DNA from: Klebsormidium nitens | Taxonomy: Eukaryota > Plantae > Klebsormidiophyceae | NCBI GenBank assembly: GCA_000708835.1 | Contig: DF237086.1 | Location: forward strand, 111,079 to 175,078 | Direction of reading: 5' to 3' | Length of the DNA: 64,000 bases | Shown here: in pieces, positions 1 through 11,254 of the stretch | Layout: each line of letters opens with the position of its first letter | Position numbering within the stretch: position 1 is the first letter of the stretch | Program-made: the position numbers and the translations under genes | The notes under the pieces: model-generated | What the model saw: only the letters and a program-made list of their open reading frames with translations | Databases searched by the model: none | Told to the model about the DNA's origin: nothing

Positions 1-381
1 AGACTGCGGGCCTGAAAGACAGCACTCTCTCTTCATTTCCGACGTCCAATGCAGCTGCATATCACACAGAAAGCCTTCGTAAGAACAGCTCCTGCTTTCG
101 CCACGGTCTCAGAGTGCCGCCATGCTTCCAAGGTGGAAAAGTGCTCTGGGAACCAGGTTAGCCTTGAGAGCCACCTTGCCACCATGCTATAGCGTGTCAA
201 GCACTGGGAGCTTTACTATCGACATACCTACATGCGGTCTAGAGGAGAATTGGAAGGAAAAAGTATCCCAAGAGTCAGGTATGAAACACCCAATCAGAAA
301 CACCCGGTCAACTAAATGAAAACTTCCTTTACAAAAAGCAGCGTCCAGTCTTCCTCACTATCGTTTGGTCCCCTCAAGAGC

Positions 382-1296
382 TCAGATCTTGGTCTTTTTC
401 TTCTCCTTGGCCTCCTTGGCGGCGCGGATCTCTTTCAGTCTCTCCTTATCTTCGCATCTTCTTGCCACGAGGCGTAGCTCCTCGAAATCCCCCTTCCCTT
501 CTGCATACCATTCCAGAAACGCCATGCGAGCAGGCTTCGTGGAAATCGTATGGACGCTGCTCAACATATCTAGAAGCTCTTCCTCGTTGATCTTAAGTGC
601 GATGCTCGCCAAGACGCCAGTCTCAGGATTCTCCCAGCTCAGATCCCCTTTGCTGACGTTGACGTCACCTGTATACACAACATTTCTGTAGCGTTCCACA
701 GCAGCATGTGGAAACTCTTCCAAAGCGGACACTACGATCATGGAGCCATCCTCCGTCAACCTTGGTGGTTTCATGCTGAAGACAATTGGCCACTGAGTCC
801 CTTCCCTTATCTGCAGCAGCAACTTGTGGCAACGAACTGGGGGACCATCTTTGGTCAGTAACAGCACGTCTGCCGACTGCATTCCCTGCTCAGAAAGCAG
901 TCCTTGGAGACTTGGAGCCAAGCGGTTGAGCTTGTTCAAGATCAAGCGACCCTCGACGATTGTCCCACTAGCTATTTTTGCTGAGTTGGGAAGGCTGACA
1001 TTGCAGCCTTCCATGTTGGACTCTTGCAAAATCTGTACTGTCTTGCCATCAATCGTGAAGTTCGTTTGGAACATGATACTCGCCGGTTCCTTACCAGAGG
1101 GATACGGGGTTCCATTCTTATCACAGACTACGGCGCTGAGAACTCTGAGTCCAGAGTATACTTTCATTCGGAGCATGATGTCTGGATTGTACCAGACAAA
1201 AACTGCGCTAAGAATTTCGGAGCTCCTCGGTTTGATGGTGAAAGGAATTGTTGCGCAGCTAGTCGAACTGCGCAGCGGTGGCTCTGCGGCTGCCAT
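382..1296 (-). CDS. Intronless BTB/POZ-like protein (~304 aa, starting MAAAEPPLR)
   Basis: Long stop-free ORF. The first real ATG is at 1296; the track's 1605 start is a non-ATG extension. SADVLLLTKDGPPVRCHKLLLQ resembles the BTB N-terminal motif (DV-x5-DG-x4-HK-x-LL). Lys/Glu-rich tail. Family call is from motif recognition only. Confidence 0.55.
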   Translation of the reverse strand: MAAAEPPLRSSTSCATIPFTIKPRSSEILSAVFVWYNPDIMLRMKVYSGLRVLSAVVCDKNGTPYPSGKEPASIMFQTNFTIDGKTVQILQESNMEGCNVSLPNSAKIASGTIVEGRLILNKLNRLAPSLQGLLSEQGMQSADVLLLTKDGPPVRCHKLLLQIREGTQWPIVFSMKPPRLTEDGSMIVVSALEEFPHAAVERYRNVVYTGDVNVSKGDLSWENPETGVLASIALKINEEELLDMLSSVHTISTKPARMAFLEWYAEGKGDFEELRLVARRCEDKERLKEIRAAKEAKEKKKTKI

Positions 1297-1875
1297 TTCC
1301 TGAAGACAGTGTTCCCAGAAGCCAGCCGTTTTGAACCTCAAAAAGCAATTGAGTTCGTCGACTGTTTCGATTGCAGACCATATATTGCCACTCTCAGTCT
1401 GAGCGCGCCGGGGCCGCCCTGCACGGGGGCCGCGTACGCCGGTGCGCACTGCAGCCGCGACTCCCGCAGCCGGGGTTTCCAGGGGGTTTACAAGCCACAA
1501 GCCTTTCGGATCAGAGCTCCTGTTTCCAAGTATCGAACGGCTGTCAGAGAAAGTAACCAATGCCGTAGCGAGCGTCGATTCGACAGAGTTCTCAAGCTGG
1601 AACATCGTACGGCCCAGCTTGACCAGAGCTTATCAAGCTGCGCACAGAGCTGTCCTCACGTTTGCAAGTTCATACACCACAGGGCGCACTGCGGCAAGAG
1701 GCTGATCAGCAGTGAACTGTGAAGGCTGAAGAAGGCGTCTGGCTGTGAACGAGCGCTGGTGGAGTACCACCAGTAGGGCTTTGTGGGGTCAGGAAAAGCA
1801 ACCCTTAAATGGGCAGAGGATTTAGTAGTCGCAGGGTTTCAATGGAGTGATCAGGGGCGACTTGAAGCAGAAAAG

Positions 1876-4800
1876 ATGGTGGGCCTTCCAAAGGTTGGAT
1901 TGCCCAAGCTGCCCTTTGGCGGGAAGGGGAAGGGCGAGGACGATGAGTTCCAGTATCGCAAGTTTGGGGATGACCGTGAGTATCCGACCTCAAAAACTTC
2001 TTCTGAGTCGTTTGGAAAGCGAATACCCTCGTTTTGTCATCAGAGTTTTGAAAGACCATTACCAAAGCAGGTCAAATGTTGCGCACGGCTTTGGCAGTTT
2101 TTTCTGTATGTCCGCACGTAGTCTGCACCAATGCGCAGGCTTTTGTGCCTTTCAATACCGATGTCCTTCAATGCGTCTGCAGCAGCTCTGATTCATCGAA
2201 CACTAAAGCAGATTGCTTTGCACTGGAATGCTGCAATTGAGAGCGCCACACTCACATTGCATGCTCTGAGCATTCAGCTGCAGTCAAAGCCCCGCCACTT
2301 TTCGATTGCACATAAAAGCCTGACAAGTTTTGAGGCACCGTTTGGCGTGCTGCTTGCTTTCAATGCACAGCGCTGCCAACAGGACTCAGCAGACTCGTGC
2401 CAAAGCACGAGCTACTTGTGAATGCCATGTCGAGCTGACAAGCAGCGACATTGCTGCTAGGATATCAGAGCAATGGCATGACACCAGATTGCAATGAAAG
2501 AGATTTTGACTTGCTGCATGAATTGGCCCCTGCCCAGGGGTTGGTTGTGCTGCCTGGTTTCACAAAAGCAGCTCCGAAGAGTGGCATAAAGATGACATGG
2601 CATTCCTTTGCAATCGGGGTTGCTTTGACAGGACAGCGAGCATCCTTTTTCTGCAGACCGCCAAGCTTTGGCCAGACTAGTTGAGTACTGCGAGCATGTT
2701 CATGTTCTGTTAGTAGGAAGGTCATGCAAGCAAGTGGCAAGCGATAGCCAGTATCTGGCAGATGTCTGAAAGCTTGAGCTGCCGCTTAATAGGGCCAGAA
2801 AGGCAACTTCGATCCCGTCAAAAACATTTCAAAGTGCAGACTGCTGTATTTAAGCGCTTGCTCATCATCTGCTGGCTTCACCATGTTCAGTCCATTTCCT
2901 CGTTCTTACCCCGCGAAGCTCCACCAGTCTATTGCTTGGCGTACTACCAGTCCAATGCTTGCAACCAGCCTCTGTTTGATTGTTCCTTTGCATCCCTTGT
3001 CAGTTGCCTTGGCCTGCATTTTGACCAGCCGGTTAGCAGCTCGAAGACAGCCTTGGGCGCTTCTTTTCTTCCAGCCTTTCCGCCTTTGCTGCTTCGAAAC
3101 CAAAGGGTTTGCTGCTGGGAAATTGCAGAACAAATGCAAGATGTCGCTCAGAGACTCTCAAGTCATCTCTTCCACCACTTCCATCCAGCTCACTGCGTCA
3201 TATTCATGCAGCGACTGTCCTCCACCAGTGTCCCAACGTTTCGTCAGTTTCCTTTGGCCCGGCCTGTTCTCAACCTGTTCACAGCTTAGGTGGTCCTACA
3301 GACGTCCTCAAGCGAAGGCCCTCATTGCGTCCCTACCTCCCTATGTTACCTCCCTTCTGGCCCGCTGTGAAAGAACTTTCGTCTTTTTCCCTCACTCTTC
3401 CCTTCTCCAAGTGACAGTCCTCCAGCCACTCTATCCAAGCTCGATTGGGCCGGTCACTGATGTCCTGCTGAACACTCGTCAACTTACCTCAACATATACC
3501 AACCTGATCATTTGGAGGACTCCTATACCACACTTGCACTTCTCCTCATGATGGTGGTCAAGTACTGCTAACAACTTCCAAACCCTTCCCTCCTCGTTCC
3601 GTGCATGCAGCCAAGACCCGGCCGGTCAACGATGACCTGCTCGGGTACTCGGACTTCCAAACGGACCCGAGAAAGATGAAGCGGCGCACGCTGTCGCCGT
3701 CGGAAAAGGGAGAATGGATCGGCGGGCTGCAGGGGGCGGTTGCGGAGCGGCGCGCCTTCCGGCGGCTGCATGCGCGCAACTGGAAGTTGTGGGACATCTT
3801 CGATTTGGGGAGGCCGGTGGACGTTGCGTACATGTCGGGGGGGGAGGCTGTGCATGAGAAGTACTGGCGGAAATGTGAGTGGGATAGATGTAGAAACTAG
3901 GTTGCAAGCAGAGCTGGAGAAAGATTGTTGCATGAAAGTGCTTCTGATGGAGGTTACATGCATCAAGGAAGTGTGAGCGGTTTTCAGAAAGCTGCTGAAT
4001 TGGCTACTTGCAATATCAGGGTCCCACTCTTAGATTCTTTGCTTATTTGTGCCCTCGTGCCATTTCGATTTTCAGCCGGGAAACTGAACTATAGAACCTG
4101 TTTTCGATGTACACTCGGTCTGGTTTAGCCTCTGAGCAACCCAGAATTCCTCGACCGCTTTTGCTCGGCAGTTTCTTGTTTTTGTGAGAAGGTTAACAGT
4201 CAAGTCCACAAGTCTCTGCCGGCAAGATCAATAAAGTTACGTGTCGCGCCCTTGAACAATAACCATCCCCTTGATAGTTGCACCGAGTGGGACTCTTAAG
4301 GAGCTGACTTCCCCTTATTTACACTTGCGCAGGGCACCGTGTGTCCATGGGCTCGCAATACCGCGAGCGTATCTACTACAAGGATCGTGTTGGGCTCACT
4401 CGAGGCCCTGCCAGCCACCAGGACCTGAGGTTGGCCTACGCGTCGGGCCTGATCGACCGTGACACGTTTGTGTGGGCAGGAGAGATGGACGAGTGGGTGC
4501 CGCTCGCGTGCGTGTACGGCCTCGACGGACTAGTCGTCACGCCCATGTGTAAGTGCAATACACTGCTTGTGTAAATGCCTCTTTGCCGTTTTTATTTGAG
4601 TGCATCCAATTGCAGTCTGCATCCTTTTGAAGGCTATTTGGCTCCGCTGTTGTGAGTTGACTTCCGCTACTTTTCATTTTCGAGCAGCAACGTGCGAACA
4701 TGTTGTATCTTGAAGGCGTCTGCTTTGCTTCGTGTGGTTTTGTTATTGCTGCGATTCACATCTTTCAGCAGCAGTGCACCCGAAGCCCTTCATTTATCTC

Positions 4801-7800
4801 CTGCCTTTGGTTGTACAAGCATACTGTATCCTCTTCTGCATTTGCTTTTCAGAGCACTTTGTGGGCAACTTTGAAATGCTTGTCCTTCGTCCATAAAATT
4901 GCCCAACCCTTACCCGCTTTTGATAATCCCCACGCAGCTGTCGGCACGCGCGCGATCACGCTCGGCATCCTGAGCGCGCGCCACTCCGTCAAGAAGATTG
5001 CCAACAAGCAATGGGGGGCCATCAAAGTGCCCCCCATCGCCAACTGGAAGCTGGACCCCTTCGCGGGCGCGGGCCGCGACCGGGAAGAGCCCGTCCAAAA
5101 AACGAAGGAGAACAAGGGCCAGTTTGAGGCGGACCATGAGGCGTACGAGGACGACGTGGCGCGGGCAGGGACGGTGGACTTTCTCGAGAAGCGGGTGAGT
5201 GGACGAAATTCTTTTGGTAATAATCATTATATGTATGTTCTTCTCGGGCTCTATGTTTGGGTTGTTTGAGAACGATGTAGAGCGGGCAGGGACGGTGGAC
5301 TATCTCGAGAAGCGAAGCGAAGCGTGAGACTTTGAACCTTTCAAAATGACGACTTCTGATTCATCTTAAAGCCACTCGACCACGCTTCGGGCCCGAGTCA
5401 ACGCCCCAAGAAGTTGGACGAGTGACATCAGCACAAAGTTACTTTCCCTCTTAACCCACATTCAGTCAAGTCAAACAGGCATTCAATACAACGAGTTCTG
5501 ACTGACCCAATTTTTAACGCCTACCAGGCGTCCGGCCGGAGCGGGCGGCCCGAGAAGCTGGACGCCATCGACCAGGATCCGGACCCGGACGCGCGGTCCA
5601 AGGCCGAGATTCGGACGCCCAAAGAACGCGCCAAGGATTTGGAGCACAAGATCCTGGCGCCGCGGCTGGCGAAGCAGCTGTCGCCGGACGAGTTCGATGA
5701 GCAGATGGAGGAGCGCGACAAGAAGGACAAGCTGGAGCACTTCCTCAAGACCGTCACGCGCAAGGACGTCCTCGAGGTGCGGGAATTTTGCAAAGTTGCG
5801 AAGCCTGGGGTGTCAGATTTTCAAGACTCTGCTGTTTGACATGTCAGGGACGTCGTTGAGGTGGGTAAATCGAGGGGTTGAGGACTGTAGGGTTAGAAAT
5901 GGTGTTGCGTGGAGCAGTGAGAAGCGCGCTAAGAAGGACAAGCTGGAATATTTCCTCAAGACCGTCATGCGCAAGGACGTGCTCGAGGTGGGGCAGCTAT
6001 TGCCTTTGAATTTGTGAAGTTGTAGATTCAAGAGGTTCAGGGGGCTGAAGATGTCACGAGTCTACGGAGCTGCGTCATAAGAAGGAAAAGGCCGGTGCTG
6101 GCCTCAAGCCACAACCCAAATCAAGTAATTTATGCAGAACCGGTCTTCTTCCAAGGGCCGCCTGATGTCGGAAGGCGTGGACGTGATCGGCGAGTACCAC
6201 GAGGTGGCAGTAATCGCCTTTGCCGCAAGAAAGATCTTCGCTCTAAGACTCTATCCCGACCCGTTAAGGCACCCAATCGTGGCTCCGTACCCGCCTCTAG
6301 CTTATTCTCGAACACTGTTCTGCAAGGCAACCGTTTTTCAGTAACCTTATTTGTAACCTGCTGTAAATGCTGGTTTGCAGGGCCGCCCGATGCCGGAGGG
6401 TGTGGATGTGATCAGCGATTACAACGAGGTGGCAGTGATCGACCGGCCGGCGCCGGGCAGCCAGGAGGAGAAGGAGATCTGGGACGACATCCAGGCGCGC
6501 GACGACGAAGACCGCGTGGTCACGGGGCCCTGGCACGAGGTGTTCGAGCGGGGGCAGGACGAGCGGGACAAGCACGCGGTGCCAGGTAAGGGGTTTGGGA
6601 TTTACTTTTTAGTCTGCAGTGGTTTTGTTGATTTGATTCAAAATTGATGATACTTGAAACCGGTTTTCGCTCTCGGCTGATGACATGAGGTGTTCGAGCG
6701 GGGGCAGGACGAGCGCGACAAGCACGCGGTGCCAGGTAAGAAGGGGGTAACTGTCAGGATACAGTGGATGTCCCGAGTTATGCTAGGAGTTCTTCAGCTT
6801 ATGTGCTCAGATGCCAGTGAATGCAGTGGAGGGCTCTGCCAATCTGCCAACGGCTGACTCACTTCTGCTGGCTTCTGTCACCCGGTTGCAACAGATTGTT
6901 TCAGCTCTGCTTGCACCACCCAAGTTATGAAAAATCCCTGAAATACGTAGAAAGCTCTACGTGTGACCAAGTTGGTCCTCCACCTCTTGTTGTACCTTCA
7001 CAGAACGACATCCGTCGAAAGTCTGTCATCAGCGTGCTTTAATCACAACCGAATGCAACTTCCGAAGTTTGGCGGCATCCAAACGGTTTCCTCAGTTCTC
7101 CCTAACCCTGTCCCGCAGAGGGCATCCGCCACAAGCCGCGCGACGTGAACGAGCAGTGGCGCTTCAACCTGCCCAAGATCGACCCGCGCCTGAAGGTGCC
7201 CCTTTTGGAGGCGATCCAGAAACGGGTTATTAAGGAGGTTAAGGAGGCGTTCGCGCCCGAAGTCGAAACGCCGCCCGAAGAGCAGACGTGCCGCTTCCCT
7301 GACTTCCCCTGGACCAACGGCAGCGGGGGGCTGCCCTACGACGGGCTGTTCGATCTTACGCGCCCCAGGCAAGTCTGCTGACGTTATTGGTTTGACCTTG
7401 GCGCGGGTTGGCCCTGCCTGAATGCCCGACCTTGAGAAATACAGAGCACAGCCCTGGCCGAAGTTTAAGGACGTAGTGTAGGAGGTGAAAGCATGCACTG
7501 GGATTTTACGGAAAGATTCAAAGCCTGGTTTCTGGTGGAATGTCTGCCAACGGTAGTTGGCTCTCAAGCACATACGGACCGATATATTGGATCCGTCCAA
7601 GCGTACTGGTAGCGACAAAGACATGGAAGGAGTTTGCGAGGTTGGTCAAGTGCAGAAGAGGGCTCGCACCGGATATTGGGGGTGCCGTCACACGAAGAGG
7701 TGTCCAAAGAACCACGCCCGTTTAGGAGCGTAACGGCTGTTCACCTTGTCATCCATCAGTCAAGGTGGCTGCTTGCCACTGCACCCATTTCAAGAGAAAT

Positions 7801-10800
7801 GCAAACCACTTCTCACGGGAGTTGATTGTTTTCGTGGGTTGCTGCGCAGGGGCAAGCGCATGCCAGGCGCGATTCAAGACGCAACGCGCCAGGGCGGCTT
7901 CGCCGTTTTCATTCCGGCCCTCACCATCGTTAATGTATCTCGCGAAACGCCAATCAACGTAAGAAATGATGGCTGATTTGACTCAAACTTTGATACGCAG
8001 GGGCAAGCGCATGCCCGGCGCAATTCAGGACGCCGCGCGCCAGGGCGGCATCGCCGACCGCAACCTAGCCATATAATTGCAGAACAACTTTTCAACAACG
8101 GCTGACTTTATTTGTGGATGCAACGCAGGGGCAAGCGCATGCCCGGCGCGATCCAGGACGCCGCGCGCCTGGGCGGCATCGCCGACCGCGACATGGCGCT
8201 CATGGAGTCGTGGTACATCAACATGCTCCACCCGCTGGACGATCCCGACCTGCACGCGCAGTGGCACGGCCGCTTCAAGCGCATCAAGGAGGAGCGCTTC
8301 ATGGAGAAGATGCTGGCGGGGCCGTGGCGCGACCCGACGCGCGCGCTGCGCTGGTTCCCCGAGGAGGACTGGGACGACCCGTACAAAGACCACGAGTTTG
8401 TGAGTGGCGTTCCAAGCAATCTAGCGTCGGCCCGCTCTAGAGCCCTTACGTTGTTTGCTTACACGGCCTTTGGTGGGGTTGAGGTCCCGAAAAAAGACGC
8501 CTCCAGGCTTTCCCGGCCGATGATTGGGGTCAAAGATACTCTGTATCCATTTTCAAAACGATTCCTTTCTTGGTGCAGCCCTCACTCTCATGATTTGTGT
8601 CGCGTGCTTAGCTCTCCCACCGGTCGCCCTTCCTGAAGTCCTCCTCAGCTCTGTCGCACTAAGCGAACAGATTCTCATACGTTTCTGATACCTCTGCCTT
8701 CTTCTCCGGCAGTCGATTAGCAACAAAGCGTCCGGAGACTCCCATTTTTCTGCACCGCTTTGTAGTGCCTCTACTATAGTAACGGCATGTCGCAACCCTC
8801 CCCTAATGCCACTGTAGGCCGTAGTTCGGCGCACTCAAGACCCCTTGCGCTTCTCGCAGATCAAGCGGTCCGTGTGAAATTTCTACCCATTTCTAATCTA
8901 TTGATATTCCCTGATCTTCTCTTCTCTCAATGTCAATCAGCGATTAGCCTGCTTCTTCTTGTTTCCGGCCGTCAACCAGCGCAAGGGCGTCGGACGCTAC
9001 CCTTACAACGAGCCAGACGAGTATTAGTACTTATGTCTCCCATCGTGCAGTCTTCCTAGCAGTCTTTCGCTTCCTCCCAAGAGGTTCCTTAACGATTCGA
9101 ATCCGGTTGTCTTCAATGCAGGCCGTCGACCAGCGCAAGGGTGTCGGGCGCTACCCGTACATCAAGCCGTACGAGTACCAGTCTGCGCCGATGCCCCTCG
9201 AGTTGGACGGATTCGGGCGCCAGTTCGCCCCGGGGCTTAAGAGCCTGGACGATCTCCCGCCCGATGACCCGACCCACGTGCCGTACGATGGGAAACTGGA
9301 CAGGTCGCCAATCGCCGACTGGGAGCGGCCCGAGGGCTTCGGTGAGGCTTCGCAGCTTGTGTCGCTTGAATTTTTGGGTCTGGTTCCGTCTGGTTCGAAT
9401 GGCTGGCCGGCAGTTAGGATGTCGCTGTTCGGCTTATCAGGATTTTACGACATTGTCAAAGCCACGTGCCTTTCATTGGCAAACTGGACAGGTCGCTCAT
9501 CGAGGAACGGCCCGAGGGCTTTGGTGAGGTTTCGCAGCTTGGGCGTTTTCAAAGCGCGGGTTTCTTGGCTGATCTTTTGAGAGTGGCAGGGTGTCAGGCT
9601 TTGGGTCTGTCTGTTTCCCAACAACTAAAACTTCCTGTCACACCCTCTGTGTATGTGCACGTGCATATCAATCCTAGAACGATGTTAGTCTTCAATTTTG
9701 ACCCGGCCCGGATTGCCAAGCTCCAAGTTATGAGGCTCGACATTCAACCGAGTGCGTCTCTTTCCTCGAGCATGTTCACAGTCGTTGGGTGGCACAAGCC
9801 GAGCCGCAACTTGTCTTCGGCTTTCAGGGTTCGTTTAAGGATCTGAACGCCTTAATTTGGACAACCGACGATTGCCGGCTTTTCCCTCTAGGCGATTTTA
9901 CATTCTCCAAGGAGCGTAAGCTGAGCTGCAACTTTCACTTTTAGGTTCAAACGCTTCATCTTAGATGGACGACTAATCCTTTGCCGCTCTCCCCTGCAGG
10001 CATGTTCACATTCCCCGGTTGGCGCAAGCTGAGCCGCGACATGTCCCCGCACAAGGTGGAGAACGAGGAGGAGCTGCGCGCGGAGCGTAAGAAGCTAGAG
10101 AAGGAGTTCAAGGACCTCGAGAAGAAGGAACTAGATGTGGTCAACAAGTACGTGGAGGCCAACAAGGCGATTCGGAGCCAGCCGGGCTTCTGGGAGGAGA
10201 AGGCGGACTCCATGTGGTTCCGGAACGACTCCATGGACGAGCTGATGCGGGTGAGGGATCCCCCGCAGTAACTCGGCAGAGAGATTCGCTTTTTGGGCTT
10301 GTGTGGGTTTCTGTCCTGGTGGTTGAGCTCGCAGTTTTTAAGTGTTCTGGGTGTGAAAGTCTGGGATTTTGGCAAGTGGGTTAAGGGGTTTCAACTGTTC
10401 CATGTGGTTTTGGAACTCCACGGGCGAGGTGATGCGGGTAAGTGGCAGGATTGACGTCGAGCGACCCCCTACTGTCAGGTGACATCATGAGCATGACAAG
10501 TGAAGCCGCAGCGAAGTAGCGGGGGTTTGACATCTGTGGCTGGGAAACGTCGCAGTTTGCGTGTTCAGGGCCTCCGATGTGGAGTTTCGCACAAGGTTTA
10601 CACTCTGGGGCTTTGAGGATGTGGGGTTTCAATGAAGGGTTGCAGACGGCGTAATTCGAGGATAGGCGGTTTAGGAGACTTTGAAAGTTGCGCTTGAAAT
10701 CAAAGAGTGTTATGACCGTTTTGGTTCATGAGTCCTGGGTTCAAAGGTTCAAGGCTGCGGATACCACGAGCTCCGACTGGAAGCTGCTTTGCTACTGTGG

Positions 10801-11254
10801 GCCTGCCGCGAGGTTCGTGTAGGTAGCGACGAACTACCGTCCTGCCCGCTTGGGAAGTCCTCATCGGAAGCTATGTAATTGCGCGAATTCTCTGCAGTAC
10901 CGCTTGGAAGATTAAGGGACTTCGAAGTTGGAATCCGAGATCTGGAGCCTTGCTTCTCCGACAACCAAAGCAGGTCCAAATTAGACATACAAAATCCTCG
11001 CCTTGAGACTGATGTCCTTGTATCTCATCGATATCCTCCTCAATGCGCAGAACATCAAGTGGCGCTTCAACAATCGGGAGAAGATCGACAAGGTGCTGTC
11101 GGCGACGAGCAAGCAGAAGATGGTGGCGGAGCAGGCCAAGCGGCGCGCCAAGATGGAGGTCCTCAGCAGGGCCAAGGTGTCCGCCGCCAAGAAACTAGAG
11201 ACGGACCGGCGCGCGCTCGAGATCGCGGACGAGGACGAGGCCGAGGAGGATTAG
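1876..11254 (+). CDS. TIC56: TIC56-like chloroplast inner-envelope translocon component with GYF_2-type domain; 11 exons, 828 aa model
   Basis: Exons 1876-1975, 3611-3874, 4333-4548, 4938-5194, 5528-5776, 6381-6585, 7119-7368, 8129-8399, 9122-9341, 10000-10250, 11051-11254 join in frame (2487 nt). Junctions are GT-AG except one GC-AG. GRPVDVA...YYKDRVGLTRGP...AYASGLIDRDTFVWAGEMDEWVPLACVYGL matches the TIC56 core as I recall it. Exon 1 and any extra exon in the 1.6-kb first intron are less certain. Confidence 0.8.
3448..10440 (+). repeat. Intronic direct copies of exon edges plus splice sites in the TIC56-like gene (11 copies)
   Basis: Copy versus template positions: 3448/3620, 5282/5161, 5931/5720, 6154/6379, 6684/6534, 7001/7116, 7846 and 7997/8125, 8967/9121, 9481/9293, 10431/10244. 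Example: gaggtgttcgagcgggggcaggacgagcg(g/c)gacaagcacgcggtgccag|gtaag occurs twice, 150 nt apart. The 3448, 7001 and 10431 copies are short or diverged. Confidence 0.85.

Noticed and set aside
71-280. Possible small plus-strand exons at the window start
   Set aside because: Plausible AG/GT sites, but no consistent frame or recognisable product could be assigned.
1297-1605. N-terminal 103 codons of the 407-aa ORF in the track
   Set aside because: Non-ATG start running through the GC-rich divergent promoter; the first ATG is at 1296.
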